Assembly (NCBI GenBank): GCA_902575815.1
Contig: CACGTA010000004.1
Coordinates: forward strand, 13,925-77,924
Direction of reading: 5' to 3'
Length of the DNA stretch: 64,000 bases
DNA from: an uncultured Alphaproteobacteria bacterium
GTDB lineage: Bacteria; Pseudomonadota; Alphaproteobacteria; HIMB59; GCA-002718135
The notes below the pieces were generated by a model. That model saw only the letters and a program-made list of their open reading frames with translations, did not search any database and had not been told where the DNA came from. Both the position numbers and the translations under genes were made by a program. Of this stretch, positions 26,842 to 36,823 are shown piece after piece; within the stretch, counting starts at the first letter, position 1, and each line of letters opens with the position of its first letter.

Positions 26842-27625
26842 TTTAATCAAAAGTACAGTTATTTTTTTAGGTTTATTTTTTTTATATTTCCCAATTTTAG
26901 TTTTAATTTTTTACTCATTTAATGAAAATAAGAGAGTAATGGTTTGGAAAGGATTTTCTTTAAGATGGTACAATGAATTATTTAATAATGAACAAATAAT
27001 TGAGGCATTTATTATTAGTATTAAAATTGCAGCTTTGTCTGCAACTTTTGCTACAATTTTAGGAGTTATGATTGGATATTCACTTGTAAGAATAAGAAAA
27101 ATTCCTTTTAAATCATTTTATATTTTTCTTTCTTCAACACCTTTGGTTTTACCAGAATTAATTTTAGGTCTTTCAATGTTGCTTTTTTTTATAAGCTTAA
27201 ATAATGTAATTGGATTTCCATCATCTAGAGGACAATTAACTATTTTTATATCGCACGTTACTTTTTGTATTGCATTTGTCGCAATTATTATTCAAGCAAG
27301 ATTAACTGACTTTAACAAAAATATTGAGGAAGCTGCGATGGATCTAGGTTATAATTATACCAAGGTACTCTATAAGATAACTTTACCAATAATTTTGCCT
27401 TCTATTATTGCTGGTTGGTTATTAGCTTTTACAATTTCTTTAGATGATCTAGTTGTTGCGAGTTTTACTACTGGGCCTGGAGCTAACACATTGCCAATTG
27501 TAGTTTTTTCTAAAGTTAGATTAGGACTGAGTCCTGAAGTAAACGCATTATCAGCAATTTTAATGTTTGCTTTAATAATAATTGGTTTATTTTATTTTTA
27601 TTTTAATAAAAAATTTAAACATTAA
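26831..27625 (+). CDS. potI: Polyamine ABC transporter permease
   Basis: YSFN, GFSLRWY, EEAAMDLG, SLDD, TLP; start moved to ATG 26831. Confidence 0.85.
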   Translation: MKSSLIKSTVIFLGLFFLYFPILVLIFYSFNENKRVMVWKGFSLRWYNELFNNEQIIEAFIISIKIAALSATFATILGVMIGYSLVRIRKIPFKSFYIFLSSTPLVLPELILGLSMLLFFISLNNVIGFPSSRGQLTIFISHVTFCIAFVAIIIQARLTDFNKNIEEAAMDLGYNYTKVLYKITLPIILPSIIAGWLLAFTISLDDLVVASFTTGPGANTLPIVVFSKVRLGLSPEVNALSAILMFALIIIGLFYFYFNKKFKH

Positions 27626-28982
27626 GTAATAAATATTCTCGCTCCCAAGAACTTATTACTGATAAATAAGCTTGATACTCAACTCTTCTTATCGCAGCAA
27701 TTGACCTTACAAATTTTTCATTAAATATAGATTTTATATCTTCATCATTTTCAAAAAGAGTTAATGATTCATCCATATTTTTAGGTAGATTAGAATTTTT
27801 ATCTTTAAATGCACTATCTTTGGTTTCTGGATTTGGATTTAAATTGTTTTTCATTCCTAAATATCCTGACGCTAAATTAGCAGCAAAAACTAGATATGGA
27901 TTTGTATCAGATCCAGGAATTCGATTTTCAATACGTATATTCCTTTCCTCAATTGATGGAATTCTAAAACCACAACTTCTATTACCTATTCCCCATTTAA
28001 CATTTTTAGGAGCACCCCAAGTTGCAAACAATCTTCTAAATGAATTTATATTTGGAGCGTATATTGGCATTAATAATGGAGTATATTTTTCCAATCCACC
28101 TAAATAATTTTTCATTTTTTTTGAAATTTTAGATGATTTATTAAAAAAAATATTTTTATTTTTTTCATTATATATCGATTGATGTATGTGCATTGCACTA
28201 CCAGGTTGGTTCTCCATAGGTTTTGCCATAAATGTTGCATGAAGTTTATGTTTCAACGCCGACTGTCTTAGAGTTCGTTTAAATAAAAATACCTGGTCTG
28301 CTAGATCTAAAGGATCACCATGCTGAAAATTAATTTCCATCTGAGCTGAACCAGATTCATGGTTAATAGTATCAATTTCAATATTTTGTGCTTCACAATA
28401 ATTATATACATCTTCAAAAAGATGATCAAATTCGTTAACAGCATCTATTCCTAAGGCTTGCTTACCTGTTTCTTGTCTGCCTGATTGACCCACTGGAACT
28501 TCAAGAGGATAATCTGAGTCAGCATTAGGTTTTACTAAATAAAATTCTAATTCTGGTGAAACAATTGGAGTTAATTTATCTTTTTTATAAAGTTTAAGAA
28601 TATTTTTTAGAGCATTCCTACTAGAATTTATAACATCATCTCCATTAAGATTTATTGCATCGCAGATAATTTGTGCAGTAGGGTCGTCGTACCATGGCAC
28701 TACTCTCATTGTATCAAAATCTGGTTTTAAAATTACATCAATGTCAGTTGGATTGTAAACACTTCTTGGTAAAGCACCAGCAGAGTCCTCAGTTGCATAA
28801 TCTCCTGATATGGTTTGAATAAAAGTTGATTGTGGTAATCTGTGACTTTCATCTTCCAATCCTTTTAAAAATTTATTTGTCGGTAAAATTTTTCCCCTTG
28901 CTATACCTCCAAGATCTGGAACTAAACATTCAACTTCTGTAATAGATTTTTCCTGAAACCAATTTTGAAATTTTTCAATCAT
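27615..28982 (-). CDS. puuA: Glutamine synthetase-like gamma-glutamyl-polyamine ligase
   Basis: G.ARGK, PELEFYL, HESG.AQ.EIN, TFMAKP, GSAMHIHQS, ENRIPG.D.NPYL; polyamine context. Confidence 0.8.
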   Translation of the reverse strand: MIEKFQNWFQEKSITEVECLVPDLGGIARGKILPTNKFLKGLEDESHRLPQSTFIQTISGDYATEDSAGALPRSVYNPTDIDVILKPDFDTMRVVPWYDDPTAQIICDAINLNGDDVINSSRNALKNILKLYKKDKLTPIVSPELEFYLVKPNADSDYPLEVPVGQSGRQETGKQALGIDAVNEFDHLFEDVYNYCEAQNIEIDTINHESGSAQMEINFQHGDPLDLADQVFLFKRTLRQSALKHKLHATFMAKPMENQPGSAMHIHQSIYNEKNKNIFFNKSSKISKKMKNYLGGLEKYTPLLMPIYAPNINSFRRLFATWGAPKNVKWGIGNRSCGFRIPSIEERNIRIENRIPGSDTNPYLVFAANLASGYLGMKNNLNPNPETKDSAFKDKNSNLPKNMDESLTLFENDEDIKSIFNEKFVRSIAAIRRVEYQAYLSVISSWEREYLLLNV

Positions 28983-29032
28983 ATTGAGACTGTTTGTTTA
29001 CTAATTATTATTAAACCATTAAAGATAAGTTA

Positions 29033-30355
29033 ATGTTTACTACAAAAAAAAGGACTTTTAATCAACATGATAATGAAAAAGAGAGTTTTTATAAATTTTC
29101 AGCACCTAATTTTTCTAATCAAAGTAAATTAAATGAGAATATTTCAACTGATGTATGTATTATTGGAGGTGGTTTAACAGGTATTTCTTCAGCATTAAAT
29201 TTATCTAATCAAGGTTTATCAATAACTATTTTGGAAGCAAATAAAGTTGGATCTGGTGCTTCTGGTAGGAATGGTGGTCAACTAGGAATTGGAATGAGAA
29301 AAGATCAATTCTACTTAGAAAAAAAATTTGGTATTGAAAAAGCAAAATTTTTTTGGAAAGTTGGATTAGATGCTGTTTCAAATGTAGTTAATTTAATTGA
29401 AAAATACAAAATTGACTGTGCGCTTAGACAAGGTGTTCTTCATGTAGGCAACACAAAAAAAGATTATAAATATTTTCAAGATGAAATTGAGCATATGCAG
29501 AAGAATTATAATTATAATAATTATGAATACTTTGACCACAATTCAATAAGAGATGAAGTTAATAGTGACAGATATTTTTCTGGAATGCTTTTAGAGGATT
29601 CTTATCATTTAAACCCATTAAAACTGACATATGGTTTAGCAGAACAGTGTTTAGCGAATGGTATAAATATATATGAAAATTCTCCGGCTGATAAAATTGT
29701 TGATAATCAAAAAGAAGTTATAATTCACTCTGGAAAAAATATTATTAAAGCAAAGAAAGTAATTATTGGTTGCAATGGTTATCTTGACAATCTTTTAGGA
29801 TCAAAGAGAAATTATTTTATGCCTATAAATAATTATATTATTGCAACAGAACCTCTCGGAAAAGATCTGGCAAGTAAATTAATCAAAAGAAATTGTGGCG
29901 TAATAGATTCTAGATTTATGATTGATTATTATAGATTTTCAGAAGACTACAGACTTCTTTTTGGAGGACCTGAAACAATTACATCTCATTTTGTAAAAGA
30001 TGCAAAGAGTTTTGTCTCTAAACGAATGTATAAAGTTTTTCCTGAATTAAAAAAATTTAAAATTGAATTTTCTTGGGGAGGTACCTTGGCAATATCGATT
30101 AATAGATTGCCTATTTTTGGAACTATAATGAATCAAAAGTTATATTATGCTCATGCTTACTCTGGGCATGGGTTAGCTATGAGTATTATGGGAGGAAAAA
30201 TGGTAGCTGAAAAAATTTTAAATAAATCAAATAATTTTGATATGTTTGAGCAAATTAATCATTTTAAAATTCCAGGTGGCAACATGTTTAGAAGACCATT
30301 GTATTCTTCAGCCATTATTTACTATAGGTTAATGGATTATTTAAATAGATTGTAA
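29033..30355 (+). CDS. puuB: FAD-dependent gamma-glutamylputrescine oxidoreductase
   Basis: IGGG.TG, GASGRNGGQ, HLNPLKL, DYYR, SWGG, YSGHG. Confidence 0.82.
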   Translation: MFTTKKRTFNQHDNEKESFYKFSAPNFSNQSKLNENISTDVCIIGGGLTGISSALNLSNQGLSITILEANKVGSGASGRNGGQLGIGMRKDQFYLEKKFGIEKAKFFWKVGLDAVSNVVNLIEKYKIDCALRQGVLHVGNTKKDYKYFQDEIEHMQKNYNYNNYEYFDHNSIRDEVNSDRYFSGMLLEDSYHLNPLKLTYGLAEQCLANGINIYENSPADKIVDNQKEVIIHSGKNIIKAKKVIIGCNGYLDNLLGSKRNYFMPINNYIIATEPLGKDLASKLIKRNCGVIDSRFMIDYYRFSEDYRLLFGGPETITSHFVKDAKSFVSKRMYKVFPELKKFKIEFSWGGTLAISINRLPIFGTIMNQKLYYAHAYSGHGLAMSIMGGKMVAEKILNKSNNFDMFEQINHFKIPGGNMFRRPLYSSAIIYYRLMDYLNRL

Positions 30356-31273
30356 TTACTTAATTGCTCTTCTTAATCTGTCATTTATAGTTTTGCCAAG
30401 CCCTTTATCAGGTATTTCTACTACAGCAATTTTTTTGCATCTACTTTGATCTAATTTATGAAGATAATGATAAAAATTTTTTGCTGCTTCATTTAAATTT
30501 TTTTTATTACTCAAATTTAAATTAATTATTTTAGACTTTAATTTATTATTGCCAAAATTTAATAAACCTTCATTTTTTAGTATTCTCTTAGCATTCATTC
30601 TTATTGGCTTTAAAGTTGAGTAATGTTTTTTTAAATTACCAGGAGAAATAGATGATTTCTTTTTAATTTTTACTTTTGCATATTTATTTAGCTCTTCAAC
30701 AGTTATGCTGCCATATCTTAATACTTCAATTTTATTATTGTTATCAATTCTAACAACTGTGGACTCTAATCCATGAGAAGACTGTTTATCTTTTAAAACA
30801 AATATTTTTTTTACGAGAATAGGATCGATATCCATAATATTGGTTACGGAAGTTCTTTCTGATAGATTAGCACTAGGGGCTGCAATAGGTAGGTCAAATA
30901 AAGTAATTAATTTTTTAGCCAATTTATTACTGGGAATTCTGCAGCCAACTAAAGTTGAGTTGTTAGAGACTAATTTTGATATTTTAGAATTTTTCTTTTT
31001 TTGTAATATTATTGTCAAAGGACCAGGCCAGAATGTTGAACCTAATATTTTTTCAAATTTATTTAAAATAAAATATTTTTCTATTTGTTTAATACTTTTA
31101 AAGTGACAGATAATTGGATTACTTCGTGGTCTTTTTTTTACTTTAAAAATAGATTTTACAGCCTCATCATTTGTTGCATCTGCTCCAAGACCAAATACTG
31201 TTTCTGTGGGAAATATTACAAGTTCTCCACTGCTTAATAATTTTTTTGCAATATCTAACTTATTTTTTTTCAT
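30356..31273 (-). CDS. sua5: Threonylcarbamoyl-AMP synthase (Sua5/TsaC)
   Basis: PTETVFGL, K.RP..NP, FWPGPLT, AAPSAN, ESTV, SPG...HY, INDRL.RA. Confidence 0.92.
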   Translation of the reverse strand: MKKNKLDIAKKLLSSGELVIFPTETVFGLGADATNDEAVKSIFKVKKRPRSNPIICHFKSIKQIEKYFILNKFEKILGSTFWPGPLTIILQKKKNSKISKLVSNNSTLVGCRIPSNKLAKKLITLFDLPIAAPSANLSERTSVTNIMDIDPILVKKIFVLKDKQSSHGLESTVVRIDNNNKIEVLRYGSITVEELNKYAKVKIKKKSSISPGNLKKHYSTLKPIRMNAKRILKNEGLLNFGNNKLKSKIINLNLSNKKNLNEAAKNFYHYLHKLDQSRCKKIAVVEIPDKGLGKTINDRLRRAIK

Positions 31274-31330
31274 ATTTTTTTATAAAATGTTTCCATCTAT
31301 CTTTAAAATAGTTATTATCAATACTTGTAT

Positions 31331-31963
31331 ATGGGAAAAGTTATAGCATTTTCGAATCAAAAAGGTGGTTCAGGTAAATCGACTCTTTCAGCAAATTTAT
31401 CAGTTTTGTGGAGCAATAGTGGTTACAAAGTAGCTGTTATAGATGCTGATGCACAAAAAAGTCTATCATATTGGCTTGAAGCAAGAAAATCTTATTATGG
31501 TGAAGATGATATTGGAATAACTCAATTAAATTTTGATATAAGGAATTTAATAGATGAAATTAAAGCAATAAAAAGAAAGTACGACTTTATAATAATTGAT
31601 AGCCCTCCATCTATAACTTTTGAAACAATGCAGGTTGTAAAAGCTTCTGATAGAGTATTTGTTCCAGTACAACCAAGTCCAGTAGACTTAATGGCTACAC
31701 TTCCTTTTTTAAAAATTGCAAAACAAGAAAGAAAAAATCCAATAATTATTCTTAATAGAGTGATGCCGAGAGCAAAATTAACTGACGCAATGATTTTGCG
31801 TTTAAGATATGCTGGTGCTAAAATTGCTCGCTCCCGACTGTCTAGCAAGGTATTATTTGCAGAAACATTCTCAGTTGGAAGGGGTGTGGTAGATATAAGT
31901 GTTACATCAGATGCTTCAAAAGAAATAATTAATGTTGGAAACGAAATTTTAAGAAATTTCTAA
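31331..31963 (+). CDS. Short ParA-family ATPase (orphan)
   Basis: KGGSGKST deviant Walker A, IDAD.Q, IIDSPP, PVQPS..D. Confidence 0.88.
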   Translation: MGKVIAFSNQKGGSGKSTLSANLSVLWSNSGYKVAVIDADAQKSLSYWLEARKSYYGEDDIGITQLNFDIRNLIDEIKAIKRKYDFIIIDSPPSITFETMQVVKASDRVFVPVQPSPVDLMATLPFLKIAKQERKNPIIILNRVMPRAKLTDAMILRLRYAGAKIARSRLSSKVLFAETFSVGRGVVDISVTSDASKEIINVGNEILRNF

Positions 31964-31967
31964 CTTA

Positions 31968-33266
31968 ATGTCTGATATCACAACTGTTATACTTGCTGCA
32001 GGCAATAGTACGAGATTTAAAGCAAGTAAATCGAAGCTTGTTTATCCATTATGCGGGTTACCAATTGTTTCACATATTTTTAATATTGCAAAAAAAATAT
32101 CTGGTAAAAATATATTAGTTGTATCTAATGAAAAAAATAAAGAAGAATTAAAGTTAATATTAAATACCTCAAAGTTAGTTGTTCAAAAAAAACAAAAAGG
32201 AACCGCTGATGCAATTGAGCAAGTTAAAAAATATGTTAAATCAAAAAATATTTTAATTTTATTTGGTGATACACCTTTAGTTGAAGTTAAAGATATAAGA
32301 AAACTAGTAAGTAAATTTAAAAAAAGTAAAGCGAAAGCTTCGTTAATTGCATTTAATACTTTAGAGCCACATGGTTATGGTAGGTTATTATTAAATAACA
32401 ACTACGTTGAAGAAATAATTGAGCAAATCAATTTAAAACCTGAACAAAAAAAAATCAATTTATGTAATTCTGGTATTTTGATAGCAAATACTAAATTATT
32501 ATTTGATAATTTAAAAAATATTAAAGAAAATAAAATTAAAAAAGAAAGATATCTTCCTGATATATGCAAAATTTTTTCAAAAAAAAATATTCCTATCAAT
32601 TATATTGAGTGCAATAAAGAAACAATGTTGGGCATAAATACATTGGATGATTTTAATGTTGTACAAAATATCTTGCAAAAAAAATACGTAAAAAATTTTA
32701 TAAAAAATGGAGTCAATTTTTTAAAACCCAATACTTGTTATTTAAGCTATGACACCAAAATTGAACCTACTGTTACAATTGAAAGCAATGTTACAATAAA
32801 GGCAAAAACAATTATAAAAAAAGGCTCAATAATTAAAAGTAATTCATACTTAGAAGAGGTTACAATAGATGAAAATTCACATATTGGTCCAAGTGCTAGA
32901 TTAAGACCAAAAACAAAAATCGGAAAAAAATCAAAGATTGGTAACTTTGTTGAAATAAAAAATTCTAAAATTGGAAATAATGTTTCTATTGCTCATCTTT
33001 CATATGTTGGAGATTCAGAAATAGGAAATAATGTGAATATAGGTGCTGGCACAATAACTTGTAACTATGATGGAAAGAAAAAACATAAAACGATAATAAA
33101 AGATAATGTATTTATAGGTTCAAACACATCACTAATTGCTCCAGTTGTAATTGAGTCTAAATCTAGAATTGGCGCAGGTAGTGTTATCACTAAAAATATT
33201 CCCAAAAATTCACTTGCTATTGAAAGATCAGCCTTAAAAATTCTAAGAAATAAAAGATCTAAATAA
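31968..33266 (+). CDS. glmU: Bifunctional UDP-GlcNAc pyrophosphorylase/glucosamine-1-P acetyltransferase
   Basis: LAAG..TR, GTADA, GD.PL, GYGR, GNFVEIK, HLSYVGD, GAGTITCNYDG, hexapeptide repeats. Confidence 0.93.
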   Translation: MSDITTVILAAGNSTRFKASKSKLVYPLCGLPIVSHIFNIAKKISGKNILVVSNEKNKEELKLILNTSKLVVQKKQKGTADAIEQVKKYVKSKNILILFGDTPLVEVKDIRKLVSKFKKSKAKASLIAFNTLEPHGYGRLLLNNNYVEEIIEQINLKPEQKKINLCNSGILIANTKLLFDNLKNIKENKIKKERYLPDICKIFSKKNIPINYIECNKETMLGINTLDDFNVVQNILQKKYVKNFIKNGVNFLKPNTCYLSYDTKIEPTVTIESNVTIKAKTIIKKGSIIKSNSYLEEVTIDENSHIGPSARLRPKTKIGKKSKIGNFVEIKNSKIGNNVSIAHLSYVGDSEIGNNVNIGAGTITCNYDGKKKHKTIIKDNVFIGSNTSLIAPVVIESKSRIGAGSVITKNIPKNSLAIERSALKILRNKRSK

Positions 33267-33313
33267 TAACCCTTGTTTCAAGATATATTAGGGTTTATGA
33301 GCCTTTTCAAATT

Positions 33314-34687
33314 ATGAGCGATAAATGGTCACCAAATAGTTGGAGAAATAAAAATGCTCTTCATATGCCTAACTATCAGAATGAAGATCATCTAAATAAA
33401 ACTCTAAATGAAATTTCCAAATATCCACCTTTAGTTTTTGCTGGAGAAGCGAGACTATTAAAAAAGAAACTTGGAGAAGTTTCAAACGGAAATGCTTTTT
33501 TATTACAAGGTGGAGATTGTGCAGAAAGTTTTGCAGATTTTCATCCAGATAATATTAGAGATACATTTAAAGTTATTTTACAAATGGCTGTTGTATTAAC
33601 GTTTGGCGCTTCTTGTCCAATTGTTAAAGTAGGAAGAATTGCTGGACAGTTTGCAAAGCCAAGATCATCTGCCACAGAAGTTATTAATGATTTAGAACTT
33701 GAGTCTTATAAAGGCGATATAATTAATGGGATAGACTTCAATCAAAAAGACAGAGATCCTAATCCAGATAGATTAATTCAGGCCTACAATCAGTCTGCAT
33801 CTACACTTAATCTTTTAAGAGCTTTTTCTCAGGGCGGTTTTGCCAATTTAAATAAAATACATCAATGGAACCTAAATTTTGTTAAAGGTGAGAATGCTGC
33901 TAAATTTAGAGAGATATCTTCTAGAATTGACGAATGCTTATCTTTTATGGAGGCATGTGGAATAAATGGAAACAGTGTAAGACAATTAAATGAAACAGAC
34001 TTCTTTACAAGTCATGAAGCTTTACTTCTTCAATATGAGGAAGCATTAACAAGAATAGATAGTACTTCAGGTAAGTGGTACGATGTTTCAGCTCACATGT
34101 TGTGGGTAGGTGACAGAACACGACAACTTGATGGAGCACATATTGAATTTTTAAGAGGTATTGAGAACCCTATAGGTATTAAAGTGGGTCCAAGCACAAA
34201 GACAGAAGAACTATTAAAGATATTAGATGTGTTGAATCCAAATAATGAAGCTGGAAAAATAACGCTGATATGTAGAATGGGTCATGAAAAAGTTAGTGGA
34301 ATACTTCCAAAAATAATTAGATCAGTTAATTCAGCTGGTAAAAATGTTGTTTGGACTTGTGACCCCATGCATGGAAATACTATCAAATCTAACACGGGTT
34401 TTAAAACTAGGCCATTAAAAGATATAATTTCTGAAATTCAGCAATTTTTTCAAATTCACAGAAGCGAAGGAACATATCCAGGCGGCGTACATTTAGAAAT
34501 GACTGGTCAAGATGTTACAGAATGTATGGGAGGTCTTCAAGAAATAACAGATGAAGATCTAAAAAATAGATATCATACATATTGTGATCCGAGACTAAAT
34601 GCCTCGCAGTCTCTAGAATTGGCTTTTTTATTATCAGATTTTTTAAAAGAAGAAAAATTGTTCTCAAAGCAATCTTCAAATTTATAA
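33314..34687 (+). CDS. Class II DAHP synthase
   Basis: LLQGGDCAE, GRIAGQFAKPRS, SHEALLL.YE, W.GDRTRQ, CDPMHGNT, CDPRLN. Confidence 0.95.
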   Translation: MSDKWSPNSWRNKNALHMPNYQNEDHLNKTLNEISKYPPLVFAGEARLLKKKLGEVSNGNAFLLQGGDCAESFADFHPDNIRDTFKVILQMAVVLTFGASCPIVKVGRIAGQFAKPRSSATEVINDLELESYKGDIINGIDFNQKDRDPNPDRLIQAYNQSASTLNLLRAFSQGGFANLNKIHQWNLNFVKGENAAKFREISSRIDECLSFMEACGINGNSVRQLNETDFFTSHEALLLQYEEALTRIDSTSGKWYDVSAHMLWVGDRTRQLDGAHIEFLRGIENPIGIKVGPSTKTEELLKILDVLNPNNEAGKITLICRMGHEKVSGILPKIIRSVNSAGKNVVWTCDPMHGNTIKSNTGFKTRPLKDIISEIQQFFQIHRSEGTYPGGVHLEMTGQDVTECMGGLQEITDEDLKNRYHTYCDPRLNASQSLELAFLLSDFLKEEKLFSKQSSNL

Positions 34688-34708
34688 ATTTATATTTATA
34701 TATAACCT

Positions 34709-35449
34709 ATGAATTCAAAAGATAAGATCGTATACATTTCTAATTGGATTAAAGATTACGCTAAATCTATAAATAATCATCCAACTACCCTAGTAATAGG
34801 AGTGTCAGGAGGAGTGGACTCAGCTCTTACTAGCACCTTATGTGCTCAAACTGGTTTAAAAACTATAGCTGTTTCAATGCCTATTAAGCAAAATTCATCA
34901 CAACATGATTTAAGTTTAAGACATTTAGAATTTTTAGAGCAAAATTACCCAAATGTAGAAACAAAAATAATCGAGCTAGATAATGTTTTTAAAACATTTC
35001 AAAATACGATGCAAAATTTTGATAGTGAGTTAGCTTTTGCAAATTCAAGATCTAGACTAAGAATGGTAACTCTATACCAAATAGCTCAAAGTAATAATGG
35101 TATAGTTGTTGGTACTGGAAATAAAGTTGAAGATTTTGGTGTTGGATTTTATACAAAATATGGTGATGGAGGTGTAGATATATCGCCAATAGCAGATTGT
35201 ACTAAAACTGAGGTGTGGGAATTAGCTGAAGAAATTGGGGTTATAAAAGATATTATTAGCGCAGCACCGACAGATGGTTTATGGGATGATAGTAGAAATG
35301 ATGAAAGTCAGCTTGGTCTTTCATATAAGCAATTAGAAGAAGCAATGGAAAATAAGTCTAGTGAATACTACAGTAGATACGAAGAAATTAGAAAACCAAA
35401 TCTTCATAAGATGAAGCCTATTCCTGTTTGCGAAATTCCTAAAGAATAA
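34709..35449 (+). CDS. nadE: NH3-dependent NAD+ synthetase
   Basis: GVSGGVDS, N..SRLRM, GTGNKVE..GFYTKYGDG, PT.GLW. Confidence 0.93.
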   Translation: MNSKDKIVYISNWIKDYAKSINNHPTTLVIGVSGGVDSALTSTLCAQTGLKTIAVSMPIKQNSSQHDLSLRHLEFLEQNYPNVETKIIELDNVFKTFQNTMQNFDSELAFANSRSRLRMVTLYQIAQSNNGIVVGTGNKVEDFGVGFYTKYGDGGVDISPIADCTKTEVWELAEEIGVIKDIISAAPTDGLWDDSRNDESQLGLSYKQLEEAMENKSSEYYSRYEEIRKPNLHKMKPIPVCEIPKE

Positions 35450-35450
35450 T

Positions 35451-36785
35451 ATGAAGTGTAGGTTCGCTCCTAGCCCTACAGGAAAAATACATATCGGTAA
35501 TGCTAGATCAGCAATTTTGAACTGGATTTTTTGTCAAAAAAATCAAGGTGAGTTTGTATTAAGAATTGATGATACTGATGCCAATAGGAGTTCTAAAGAA
35601 TTTGAGAAAAGTATCAAAGATGATCTTAAATGGCTTGGATTAAATTGGAGTTACACTTTTAATCAGTCCTCTAGACAGCATATTTACAATGAGAAAATCC
35701 AAATTCTAAAACAAAAGAAAAGACTTTATCCATGTTTTGAAACAGAAGAGGAATTAGCTTTAAAGAAAAAATCTTTGTTATCATCTGGGAAACCACCTAT
35801 TTATGATAGATCATCATTAAATCTAAGTGATGAAGAAGTAGAAAAAAAAATAGAATCTGGAATCCAACCCCATTGGAGATTCAAATTAGATCATGAAAAT
35901 ATTGGTTGGAAAGATATCATTAAAGGAGATGTTTCATTTGATGCAAAAAATTTGAATGATCCTGTTTTAATTAGAGCTGATGGAACATTGTTATACCATT
36001 TACCTTCAGTCATTGATGATATTGAAGAAAAAATTACGCATATTATTAGAGGGGAAGATCACATTGCTAATACTGCTTATCATATTCAAATTTTTAAGGC
36101 TCTTGAATCTTCTATTCCATCATTTGCTCATCATCCATTCTTAGTCGATGAAACTGGTAAGGGTTTTAGCAAAAGACTTGGCAGTCTTTCAATTGAAAAT
36201 TTTAGAGACGAAGGATACGAAAATATATCTTTACTTAATTATTTTCTTTTTATTGGTTCGAGCAGTAATATTGATCCAATCAAAGATTTAAATGAAATAG
36301 TAAAAAAATTTGATATTCAAAACTTATCTAGATCTTCTGCTAAATTTTCAATTGAATCCTTAAGAAATCTTAATGAAAATACTATTAAATTATTTAGTTA
36401 TAATGAGATTAGTCATAAGTTAAAAAACATAAAATCTAATTTTCAAAAAGAGAGTTTTTGGCGTTTTATTAAAAATAATATTTCATTTGTTAATCAAGCT
36501 AAAGAATGGGAAGAAGTAATTACAAAAATAAATAATGCTAAAGATTTAAATATTGATGATAGTTTTATTAATACGGCAGTTGATGAATTACCCGAGGGTC
36601 CTTTTGATGAAACAACATGGGATCATTGGACATCAAAAATTAACAAAAAAACTGGGCTTAAAGGAAAAGATTTATTTATGCCTTTGAGGTTAATTTTGAC
36701 AGGAAAATCTCATGGACCCGAATTAAAATATCTACTACCATTATTTGATAGAGACGAAATCTTGCAAAAACTTGGAAAAATCTAG
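35451..36785 (+). CDS. gltX: Glutamate--tRNA ligase
   Basis: RFAPSPTG..HIGN, LRIDDTD, THIIRGEDH, SKR, PLR..LTG..HGPE. Confidence 0.93.
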   Translation: MKCRFAPSPTGKIHIGNARSAILNWIFCQKNQGEFVLRIDDTDANRSSKEFEKSIKDDLKWLGLNWSYTFNQSSRQHIYNEKIQILKQKKRLYPCFETEEELALKKKSLLSSGKPPIYDRSSLNLSDEEVEKKIESGIQPHWRFKLDHENIGWKDIIKGDVSFDAKNLNDPVLIRADGTLLYHLPSVIDDIEEKITHIIRGEDHIANTAYHIQIFKALESSIPSFAHHPFLVDETGKGFSKRLGSLSIENFRDEGYENISLLNYFLFIGSSSNIDPIKDLNEIVKKFDIQNLSRSSAKFSIESLRNLNENTIKLFSYNEISHKLKNIKSNFQKESFWRFIKNNISFVNQAKEWEEVITKINNAKDLNIDDSFINTAVDELPEGPFDETTWDHWTSKINKKTGLKGKDLFMPLRLILTGKSHGPELKYLLPLFDRDEILQKLGKI

Positions 36786-36823
36786 TAAATTTTAATTTAT
36801 ACTCTATTAGCGATCTAGTAATT

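Noticed and set aside
32760-33200. Periodic sequence in glmU
   Set aside because: These are the expected hexapeptide beta-helix repeats.
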